From assembly GCA_963693365.1 (NCBI GenBank), contig CAVNZM010000003.1:4832472-4896471 (forward strand): DNA of 64,000 nucleotides, read 5' to 3'. Source of the stretch: Amoebidium appalachense (taxonomy: Eukaryota > Protista > Ichthyosporea). Below, one piece after another: positions 39,786 to 64,000 of the stretch. The notes under the pieces were generated by a model. The model was not told the DNA's origin. It was given only the letters and a program-made list of their open reading frames with translations, and did not search any database. A program made the position numbers and the translations under genes. Numbering within the stretch: position 1 is the stretch's first letter; each line of letters opens with the position of its first letter.

Positions 39786-40167
39786 AGCTATGAACAAGTT
39801 AAGCAGGAGCTGGACTCTTGCCACATCCATACATGATGTAAATAATAAAATTTAACATAATAAAATTTTTAAAAGTTAACAATGTGTACTTATAGTTAAA
39901 GACTCGACACAAAGCCCATCGCTACATGTGCCACGGTGTTGCAATAACAAGTGTCATGCCGCAGTGTGTCCCTTGGTTGCAACTTGAAAGTTTCTGGTGC
40001 CGATGGCGGCATAATAAAAGCCTATTGCCAGTACGTAATGAAACAATGTCATGTTAATTATGCATTATTTATCCTAAGTGGTGGATGAAATTCGATGACG
40101 GGTTGTCTCTTCTTCGTGCATTTATCTTCCACCGAATATGGCTTTGCTGTGGCCAATATATTAGCGT

Positions 40168-40214
<47 letters not shown>

Positions 40215-40635
40215 CCGCGTCTGTTCTAGTATTGCATCTTAAGGTGTGCGTATGACTTATCAATAGTAGAATGGAGGGGATAGAAAAGCCGTTGTTGAAT
40301 GAAGGATGACGGGGGTGACTTGGTGATGATACTAGGAGGTTTTTTTTGTAGGAATTTTTCTGGTAGAGTCTGTAATTGATTTCGTTTATTAGGTGCAGAA
40401 CGCAAGAAAACGAAAGCCTCTTGTCTCTCAACACGACGTGGCTTTGGCATAAAAATATTTAGACTTTAAGACGATATAATATCAATGCGAATCGTTTCAA
40501 TTGACCTCCCCCCCCCCCCCCCCCCCCCTCTCTCCCCGACGGACACACACACAAATACACCCGGGCGCGCACACAGACTTGCTCAACCATCATGACGCTG
40601 GCTCCCCCCCCCCCCCCCTTCCCCCCCACCCCCCT

Positions 40636-40666
<31 letters not shown>

Positions 40667-41064
40667 ATCCACCCCCCCCTACCCCCATCCACCCACCCAC
40701 CTACCCAAGTTTCTAATTGGTCTATATATGTGTTCCAAGCTACCAAGCCACCCCCTCCCCCCCCCCCCCCCCCCCCCCCCCTGCCCCCCCCCTCCCCCCT
40801 CCCCCGGGGGCCATTTCCCCTTCCGGATCCCTCGGTCGGCCAGCCCCCCCCCCCCCACCCCCCCCTCCCCCCCCCCCCCCCCCAACACACACACACCCTC
40901 CTTCCCTCTACTACTGGCACCAATGACCAATTTGCTGAAGCTCTAACACCTGACACGCCCGTGCACACACACACACACCCCAACACACACATGTGTACAC
41001 ACACACACACACACACCCCAATACACACGTGTACACACACACACACACCCCAACACACACATGT

Positions 41065-41131
<67 letters not shown>

Positions 41132-41139
41132 ACACACAG

Positions 41140-41176
<37 letters not shown>

Positions 41177-41201
41177 GTCATTATCACACACACGCACACA
41201 A

Positions 41202-41236
<35 letters not shown>

Positions 41237-42190
41237 TGCACACACACTGTCATTCAGCCGGCGAACTGCTTTTAAGGCTTTTATACTGTCGCAAGCAAAA
41301 TCATACCGTAGTACACCATGTGTACGGATCTACGCATACTCCCTGAGGTGAATGTGTTGCGGCAGTATTGCTAATAGTAAAGAAGACGTACGGTGCTGCT
41401 GTCTACTTTCACCTTCGACTGGCCATATGTGCCCCCCTCCCCTCCCTCCCCCCCACCCCCCTCATCGCTCGACACACGCGAACACCGTGTACACACACAC
41501 ACACACACACACACATCAGGATCAGGGGTGGGAGAGCATGTGAGGGGGAGGTTGCCTTGGTTTCCCCCCCTCCTGCCACCCTTTATCTGTCCCCGCCCCC
41601 CCTTTATCTGTCTCCGCACCCCCCCCCCCCCCCCCCCCTTTTCTTGAAAAAGGCTCAGATATGGGGGAGGGCGGGGGGGAATGTAAGGCAGCAAGCCTTA
41701 GGGTGGGAGGGATGGGAAGAGAAGAGCTGAAGCAAATGAGCACCCAGAAATATAATTGTTGCTACGAGAGAAATCAGTTTAGGTGTTTTGTATGCAGCTT
41801 ACACGAGGGTGTGTTTATTTTGCCACCAGAATAATGGCTGCAAGGGGGATCCAGCCCCCAGGTGTTAACTAACATCCTCGTTAGCGCTAATTGAGTAATT
41901 AATTAGGAGTGGATAGACAGATGGCCTCGCACACTGCTTTCCCCTTGAGGGTTTAGCTAGGGCTGTAAAAAAAATAGGTGTTTTAAAGAAAAGACGTGCA
42001 GTAATGGAGTAAAATCGGTCACTGCACCCGGAAAATCTACAACAAAAACACGGGAAAGTGGGTGTACAGCCATTTCACAACCTAATCCACTCCCATACTT
42101 CAACACATCCATCTCTCTCACATCACCACGCATGAAAAAACATGCAGTTAAATCACGTATGTATATATTCCCCCCAAAATTTCCGTATAT

Positions 42191-46030
<3,840 letters not shown>

Positions 46031-47190
46031 TATGTTTTAAAGGGGGAAAATACGCGGATTTGCGCTAACAAAGAGAAATGGGGGGAGGGGCAAAAGTGAA
46101 CAGAGCCCTTCGAGAGGATTTGTGATGTGCTTTTGCTCCAAACGAGAACGGAAAAATTGTGACGACACCAATACGGAAAGCAGCATTATATATGCTGGAG
46201 AAGATAGGAATTTTCCAAATTTGGTGTTGTTTTTTCTATCCGCGAATCAAAGAATATATTGTTCGTGGAGCCAATAAAATATTGCTTTGAGAAAGCATTA
46301 GTAACCAATAGGCATAAAGGCTCGCATTTAGTGTATGCCGCTGTAAGTATTCAATTTGTCACTGTATTTTCATTACAAAAACTGTCTAAATTGAATATAA
46401 ATCTACAACTTATTTTCAAATTAATTCAAGTTTACTGTTTTGCGATAATGTCTTCAATATAACATGGTTATTTCCACGGGCGCCCATTTTCAAATGAGCA
46501 CTGACCTCAGGCGAATCCGGATCTGATTGGCTCTTGATGTTGAAGCGTTTTGATTCGCGGATTCCGAATTTTGAATTTTGCACCAAGTTCGAAGAAGCGT
46601 CTCGCACAACCTGAGTCGGCACACTGTCCTTCGCATTTGAAAACACGTGTGCATTTTTGTTGCATACAGTGTTTAGTGAACTCTTGTCTAATCCCGGGGC
46701 ATGAATATACTAATTAAACTTGTTTAAAAAACAGGTATTAGTATACTAATATAGACGCTTCACGCTTATTTACAATTTGAACTATTCAAAGGACAAAGCA
46801 GTATGTATGTATGTCGCGCACCAAACGCTAATGAGCTTTCCGTGCTGTGTAATATGCATATTAGTTCTCAGTTCAAAAGAGTATGTGCGTGTATCTTGCA
46901 TCTCAGAGAGACTCTTTGTTCTTTTTGCTTTTTATTTTTTATCCGGAAAGTCCTATTATCTTGTGCACTTTATTATTCCCCTTATATCTTTCGCACGTGT
47001 TGGCTTGGAGGCCCGGTATGATATCCCAAACATCTAGTACACCAGGGGCACACGACCCTGCAGCTGAGCAGTTGTTGACGGTTGATTTATGTTGAAGACC
47101 CTGAGCTCTTGTCTTATTTCCTTCTTGTTCTTCCTCTTCTTCATCATCATCTTTTTCTTTTTATTTTTTATGGGGATCGGAGGAGGGCTC

Positions 47191-47229
<39 letters not shown>

Positions 47230-47572
47230 GGGAGGGGGGGCGGGGTAATCTGGCCTATATATGGAAGCGTGCGAGATTCGAAGGAGAACGGTGTGTGGGG
47301 GGGAGGGGGGGGGGGGAGGGGGGGGGGGGGGGGAGGGAAACCTGGGAGGGGGCCAGGGGGACGAGGTTCGAAGGACCCAGGATCAAACGGGAGAGGGGGG
47401 ATGACATCAACACACTATAGTATAGCTACTTTCAAAATAAACCGCCGAAATTCGGGAAACTGACACTGCACATCATGTTTACTTTAACCTATTTTATTGA
47501 GGCCGCCCTCATGGTGACGGCCAGGTCACGATGCGAGTAAAATACAGCCTGTGTGTGTGTGTACTTACGCGC

Positions 47573-47623
<51 letters not shown>

Positions 47624-47764
47624 TGTGTGTGTGTCTGTGTGTGTGTGTGTGTGTGGGTGGGTGTGTGGGTGTAGTGTACATGTGTGTGTGTGTGTGGGTG
47701 TGCGTGTGTATGCGCGTGTGCGTGTGCGCACGCGCACACGTTGTGAACGGAGGGGAAGGTGGGT

Positions 47765-47806
<42 letters not shown>

Positions 47807-48059
47807 GGGGGGGAAGGGGGCACAGACTGCCACTGACAAATAGGGAAAGGTTCTTATAAAAAAAAAATGCTTTGCCGCTCCCTGCGACTCTCTGAGTCAG
47901 GGGTCAAAAGTGAAAACAAAGATTTATTCCACTGGGTTGCAGCGGGGAGTTGTAAGGGATATGCGATATAATACTTTAAAAAGCTTGATTATATGATTCG
48001 AAAATGGTGGTGGTGATGGTGATGGTGGTGGTGATGTTTGGGGGGGGGGGGGGGGGGGG

Positions 48060-48103
<44 letters not shown>

Positions 48104-48614
48104 GGGATTCCTCGTACATATCAAAAGAGATTTACTGCATTCGTTCCATACCATGAACCGTCGTTTTAAAAAATGATGTTACATTCATCATACAAGAAAA
48201 TTGTATCATTCAACGCTTCGGCTGCAAAGTATCAAGGACACTAGTAGAGCTAGAGTGGCTACTATCTTAGTTCTTTAATGCACGAGTGTACCAGTTTCTT
48301 TAAACAAGTCACCCCTTCTACGTGCGTATGAAAAAGCTTGTGTCAACGACATAGTATTACAACTACAATGACTACTGTCTTAAGTGCTTTAATGCATGCC
48401 ATTGAGTGCACCTGTGCACCTGTTTCCTTAAACGAATCACCCCTTCTACGTGCGTGTGCAAAAGCTTGTCAGAGTTTAGAAATTATGCTCTACTACTACT
48501 ATTCTCCAGACCGTTTTTTGTCTTTTTTCCCATCGGTGTGTTACAACGTTAATTAACCCTTTTCATGCAATGCATACTCCGGCACTTGTTAGCTAAGAGC
48601 ACCCACACAGTTCT

Positions 48615-57881
<9,267 letters not shown>

Positions 57882-59154
57882 CTTTTGGGTAGATTTGGGA
57901 TTTTTCTTGTGTTTACTTTGGAATTGATGGGAAGGAGCCAGCAAAACAGAGGGGCTCACCAGGATCACAACTCTTCACCGTTTAAAGTTTTCTTGGAGCA
58001 AACACAGCCCCAATGCACTACCTAGAAAATAATAAGCATTCCCATGGGGGAAAAGCATGTGTTTATGTTTACTCTCTTCATCTATTATTCTTCATAACAT
58101 GAAAAACATGAAGAGTAAACTCCTTGCTAAAGCGTGTTCAGTCTGATCATGAGGTGCGCGATAATACAGAAACCATGCTTGTCTTACTTTACGTGTTGCT
58201 AATTAGAGTATGTCATATTCTTGACGGATATACAGTCAAGGATATATTACAAAACGTCATTTCCCTTACTTATTCAGTATATGGCTTCTAACATGGAAGA
58301 TGGTCGACTCGGCTATAGCTTAAGTCAGCTTATCACTTGAAGCCCTACAGTGATTGCGACATCAAGGTGTTTTAATTGGTTTATAACATATCACTTACGT
58401 CAGCGTTCTGAGCAGCCGGCCGAGTGATTGGTTGAAAATGCAACTGGTTCGCAAGGCCTAAATGCCCGGCTCCCCCCCCCCCCCACCACCCAAAAAAAAA
58501 AAAAAACACACATACACACACACACGACACTCCACCCCATAGGTTTTTTCCTTCTTTCGTTTCTTTTTCCTTCTTTCTTCCAGCCCCCCCCCCCCCCCCC
58601 CCCCCCTCCCGCTGGGGGTTGAGGGAGTCGGAAGTTTGGTGGTGGTGGTAGTTTTAGGGGGAGAAAGGGGGGGGGGGTGATGCTGGCTTGTGTACAGTGT
58701 TGACAATTGCTAGGACTTCCTATTTTGAGATTATCTACTCTCAGCCACAGGCTGTGAGAGTGATTGTCAACGGCAACAAGTCGGCCGCAAATTTGATATA
58801 TCTACGAGTGTGAGATATATCAATACTGAATTACTTGTGGATATTCTTGTAGCTTGCAGCCTTGAAAATCCTTGAAAATCTGACTTGTAAGTGCGAAATT
58901 TCGCCAAGGCAGGAAACCAAAATACCGTGATTTCGAATTTTACAACAACCCTATAAATAATTGGACCAATAGCTTCACTTTGCAAGTCAAATTTATATAC
59001 AGCGACAGATTAATTAATTATCAGGAGAAAAACCTATGCCACCCTAAGACGAATGAAGAGACAGCTCCCATCTCCCCACACCAACCAATCTATGCATCCA
59101 TCCCACTTCAAGGCTACACCAAAACCTAAACGCGCCACAAATTTACCTTGAAAT

Positions 59155-60604
59155 CTACCGTGCTCCCAACACCGATTTCAGTAATCGTTGTCGATTTACA
59201 TCCCTAGGAGCGTGCTCCTCATACATAGTCGCCCGCCAAGCCTCGATCCTACTGGTCAATGGGGTAGAGGGGGTGCGGTGTAGCGTGCATGTGGCAGAAC
59301 ACCCGTGGGAAGCAATGCAAAGCGGTGGCGATAACCTCGCCCCATCGGTTCCTTCGTCGACCAATAGAAACTCGGATTCACGCTGTAAAGGTAGGGTCGG
59401 TATGTTATTCTTTTGGGTCGGTGGTGTACTTCCTTGTTTAGCAATAATATGGTTGGGTATTCTGGCCTCCCCCCCTCCCCCCCCCCCCCCCCCAGCCCTT
59501 TTCTCTTTCTCTCTCTTCCCCTTCCCTGTCTGCCGTCCCCCCCCCCCCCCCCCCTCTTGTCACACTAAAATTAATGCATGGCAACCCCCCCCCCCCCCCC
59601 CCCCTCCGGGGGGCCGCTGCCCCCCGCCCCCACCGGCCCTTGCCTATTCGTACACTTTGAGCGCTATGCACACACAAAAACGTGCAGGTCAAAAGGAAAC
59701 AGGAAACCCAAAAGGAAACAGGAAACCCTAACGAACGAACGGTGTGGGGAAGGTGACAAAGAGGGAAAACGTGAAGGGGTATGGGGAGTAGCGAGGGTTG
59801 GTGTGTGTGTGTGTGTGCAGGGGTGTGTGTGTGTGCGTGTGATTGTGTGTGCACTTTTTTTTTTTTTTTGGAGGGGGGGGGGGGGGGAGGGGAGAACACG
59901 TACGTGATAATAGCCGCTAGCATTCTCCTTCTGCCTCTGCCATTGGCCAAAATTATCGCGGGTGATTCTTCCCCACTTTTGATTGGCCGACGTACCTCCT
60001 ATTTCCACTGATGATGGGGTACGCTTGTCGGTATCTCCGGAACCCTGCATTTGATGGTTTGTGAGCATGACTCTCTATCTCTCTCTCTCCCTCTCCCTCT
60101 CTCTCTCTCTCCCCCTCTCTCTCCCCACCCCCGTTCCTGCCAGATGAAACACACTCTTTCTCTCTCCCCCATTCTCCTCTCTCCACACCACACACACAAT
60201 TTATCTCTCTCGTGTTCCTCTCCCCCCCTCCCCCCCCCCCCCCCCCCAAAAAAAAAAAAAAAAAAAAAAAAAACCCCAAGCCCCCAACCCCCACCCCACC
60301 CCCTCCTCTCGTTCAGTCCCCTAACAGGCTACCCCTTCTCTTTTCACAGCAAGCCCACTAACATTTTGTGAATGTTTGATCTGATCTCTTCAAAAAGAAA
60401 GAAAAGGTGGCCAAAGCATGAAAGAACAAAAGAAGTGTTCGACAAGCTGCAAGGCGGAGTTGGATGAGACGGCGCGGGGGGGGGGGGGGGGGGGGGGGGT
60501 TGGTGCACAATTTATGCATATTCGGTACATGTAAATGGAATTTCTGTTGCAATGCAGAGAGCTGGAGGGTATAGGAGTCGGGGTGCTGGCAGTGGTGTTG
60601 CAAA

Positions 60605-60644
<40 letters not shown>

Positions 60645-60754
60645 GGGGGGGGGGGGGACCGGAGGGGGAGGGGGGGGGGGGGGGGGTGGAGGAAGGAAGG
60701 GAGGAAGTGAGTGAGGAAGGGGGATTTGTGCGTGTGTGTGGATGGCCGGGGGGA

Positions 60755-60785
<31 letters not shown>

Positions 60786-62424
60786 TCCTTACGGTTGCCG
60801 ACAGACCAAGCGACTCTCGTGCCTTCCGCCTTCTCATCACATACCAAACACACCCAGCAACCAATAGAATCACGAGGATGCATCCAATCACTATAAGGGC
60901 TATCCAATGACCGGCAAGTCCACCGGATGGCACTTGACCAATTGCATCCGCGGTTTGGGACATGGGCGCCATTGATTGGGCAGCGGGTGATTGGCTTACT
61001 TCAGTGGTGGAGGAAATTTGGGTAGCTGTGGGTAAGGGTGTACCCGAATCTGTGTTGATCGGCATGAACTCCACCATGTATGTAGGTTGGGACATATCGA
61101 TTACGCGCGATTCCGAAATTTCATTTGCTGGGGTCGTGGATGTTGGGTTGCTTGGGCACGAATTTTCGATGATTTCCGGCATCCCATCACACACCATCGG
61201 CAGGTCTTTTGGGGCGGTGCAGATTCGTGATGAACGACCAATAGAAACCACGGCTTCCGTCCCGCAGGCGGATGATTGGCCCTCCGGTGGGCACGTCGTG
61301 ATATTGACCCAATCGGAACACATGCAAGCGTTCGGAAATTTTGCCGAATCAAGCTCCATGATTGCCGGAGCGCTAAACGTTACTGGGCTGCTGTTATTGG
61401 TTGAAGTGAGGGACAAACGGACAGAGCTGATTGGCTGAGCCGGCTCGTGCCTGACTTCAATTGGCTCCCACTGGTCTGCAGCTTTGGGGACCACCGGAAA
61501 GGAAAGGATCTCGGTGCTGCGCCGGCGATTCGCGTACGTGATTTGAAGAGTAACGGAGGCCTTCAATTGGCCGCTGTGGGATTAATACTTCACGTTAAAG
61601 CGGTATCCAGCAGTGGCAGGCCTGCTATATGCTCCTTCTCCTGATGTATCACGCCACAAAGGGTGTTACACTATGATAACTTAACCCCCCCCCCCCTCCT
61701 CCCCCTGGCCAGATACCAAAAGGGGGGGGGGGGGGGGGGGGAAGGACGGGGGAGGGGGGGAGGAGGGAGCGGGGAGGGGAAGGGGAGGGAGGCAGGCAGG
61801 GGGAGGGGAGGGGGAAGGTGGGGGGGGGGGGGTTGGTCACCTCTGCATATCCCCGAGAGCCTGTGCATCCATCTTGGCATGAGTTTTCACCAAAAGGGCC
61901 CTTGGTTCTGATTGGTCTAATGTGATGGCACGTGCTGCACCACCTGTGTCTGTGTGTGTGTGTGTGGGTGGGGGGGGGGGGGGGGGGGTTGCATGCGTGT
62001 TTGTGTGTGTTCGGGGGGGGGGGGGGGGGGGGGGGGAGGGGGGGGGGTTGTGTGTGTGCATGTGTGTGGGTGTATTGAGTGCATGCAGAAAGAAGAGGGA
62101 ATTAGTCAAAGATCGGGACGCATACAAGAATAACATAAAACTGTGGGCGCCCGGGGAGGAGGGGGGTTTTGAATGCGTCAAAAAGTACGAAGTACACAAG
62201 AACAAACGGATAACACGATGCAGAATGCAAGCCATACATAAAGAGTATGCATAATAAGCAGAGCCCATCCTCAGGGGGGGCCCACGTCATCCACAGTACC
62301 CGAGTTTCGACCTATTCCCCTCGTTAACGAAGGGGGGAGCAGACACATACCAACACAAGTATTACACATATGTACACCCACCATTACACCCCTCACAAGA
62401 ATACTCCTAAACAGAACAATACGC

Positions 62425-62456
<32 letters not shown>

Positions 62457-63306
62457 GAAACAGCAAATTGAATTGCTTGAACACATGTCGTGTCCTGCTT
62501 ACCTGTGCCTGCTGTGATGTCGATTGAATTGGCACCCCCCACACCCTTTCCAGGTGCCGGAATAAACCCCCTCCCCTCCGAAATCCAAACCGAAGAATCC
62601 CCAAAACTTGACGAATTTTCAAACTGCCGGAAAGTGTGCGTGCCGGAGGTTTCCGCGGAAGTCGTTGGTGATAACGCTGAGACGGTATTGGTGGATGCTG
62701 GTGTCAAAACTACCTGATAGGTGATTTGATTGGCCGCCGTTGTAATGGAAGCAGCCGATTGGCTCAAACCCGACGTAGGTTGAGTTACTGACGTTTGGGT
62801 GGTGGTGGTTGCAGGAGTAGCAGACGGTGATTGATTGGACGATGAAGCGGGTGGGCTGCTCCAATTCGCCAGTGTCGGAGTGGGTGTAGAGGTGGGTAGA
62901 TTAGCAGTGGAAGAGCTCACAGACGAAGATGGCGGGGAAAAATTCACAAAATCTGCTGGAGGAGAATTTGTGGGGGCTTTTTGCTCTATGGTGATACTGT
63001 CGACATACGCAAAACCCGGGGAGCCAAATGTCACGCACGTGACCATGAGACGTTTGATTGGTTCCGGGGGGACCAATCGAATCGTTTCATTTGCCCACGT
63101 GTCTACACTCGTGACGTTGATTGGGTACTCGTAGTGGGCTGGGGTGTTGTTTGCGTAAATTACATCCACATGTACAGAGAAAGCCTTTATTGCGCGAATG
63201 GGAAAAGAGTTCCCATCCATTCTTCCCCATATGGATATGTTGATCGGAGATGGGGATTTTTGATCGAGATCGACCGTTTGGCTGGCTGCTGCGTACCGGT
63301 GGCTGC
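59155..63306 (-). CDS. Type I single-pass membrane glycoprotein, 5' end outside the window: two galactose-binding/CBM-like jelly-roll domains, S/T-rich linkers, TSR-like Cys module, TM helix, cytoplasmic tail
   Basis: Exons in transcript order: 62503-63306, 61841-61943, 60793-61573, 59904-60044, 59155-59382, phase-consistent. Repeated SQTVDLDQKSP/ARAITLDQSEP ... V.YAN ... W ... P.EPI/P.QPI modules. Cys module CMCSDW...CG...GRSSRIC...CDG...C. TM helix WIALIVIGCILVILLVAGCVWYVM followed by RRRK. Domain names are inferred from motif resemblance. Confidence 0.75.
62162..62331 (-). mobile_element. Full-length copy of the ~170-nt intronic repeat, near-identical to 4011-4180
   Basis: Reverse complement matches 4011-4180 with one visible mismatch; lies in an intron of the - strand membrane-protein gene, in sense orientation. 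Confidence 0.8.
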
Positions 63307-63326
63307 CTGCGCGCGCGCGCGCGCGC

Positions 63327-63391
<65 letters not shown>

Positions 63392-63519
63392 TGTGTGTTG
63401 TGTGTGTATGCGTGTGTGCACGTGTGTCTTTGTGTACGAAGGGAAAGGTGGCGGATTAGAATAACAATGCAGGGAACACAGTGTGAGGGAAGCGCGGGAA
63501 GTCAGAAAGGGCGAAAACT

Positions 63520-63552
<33 letters not shown>

Positions 63553-63860
63553 GAACCAGATGTGTGTGTGTGAATATGTGTAAAGAGTCTTGGGGGGTGG
63601 GTGGGTGTGTGTGTGTGTGTGTTGGTGGTGGTGGTGGTGGGACGGGGGGGGGGGGGGGGGGGGGGGTTAAGAAATGTGAGATTGTTAAATCTACAGAATC
63701 AGGAGAGGGAACTCCAAAGTATTTTTCTTTGCGGTGTCATGGAACTTGCATAGCATTTAAGTAGAAATATGAACCTAAGGCCCCAAGCGGTACATGTGTG
63801 TGTGTGTGTGTGTGTGTGTTGCATGTGCATGTATGTGCGTGTGCGTGTGTGCATGTGCAC

Positions 63861-63948
<88 letters not shown>

Positions 63949-64000
63949 ATGCATGTGCATGTATATATATGTGAATGTCGGTGTGCCTGCATGTGTGTCC

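Noticed and set aside
46487-46643. Possible small MITE (ttttcaaatg...catttgaaaa)
   Set aside because: The inverted repeat is only ~10 bp, with no TSD and no second copy in the window.
61574-61621. In-frame TAA upstream of the large membrane-protein exon, suggesting readthrough, a variant code or a 15-nt intron
   Set aside because: The cccacag acceptor at 61574 gives the correct phase and excludes the stop. All assembled genes read in the standard code.

Overview
Eukaryotic, very intron-rich genomic window in the standard genetic code. Introns are packed with poly-C/poly-G tracts and (CA)n/(GT)n microsatellites, so almost every ORF in the supplied track is a low-complexity artefact. Manual exon assembly gives six protein-coding genes and one tRNA. 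VPS16 (+, 24 coding exons, 4381-25708) has one apparent homopolymer frameshift. An intron-containing tRNA-Tyr(GTA) follows. Two convergent UPP1-type uridine phosphorylase paralogues (27737-34667 + and 42191-46030 -) flank a TIR-bounded non-autonomous element and an intronless secreted tandem-CHRD gene (37444-38601). Next come a PhyH-family Fe(II)/2OG dioxygenase (-) and the 3' part of a type I membrane protein (-) with two jelly-roll/CBM-like domains and a TSR-like module. Gene content and intron density suggest a unicellular opisthokont, possibly an ichthyosporean; this is inference only. The most interesting signals are: (1) a ~170-nt intronic repeat family, about 15 copies, all sense to the host gene, carrying hammerhead-ribozyme-like core motifs (GAAAC then CUGANGA) in permuted order; (2) an unusual splice grammar, with (CA)n instead of a polypyrimidine tract at acceptors, C-runs after weak donors, and GC-AG introns; (3) repeated tandem 'echo' copies of exon-intron junctions that create decoy splice sites.
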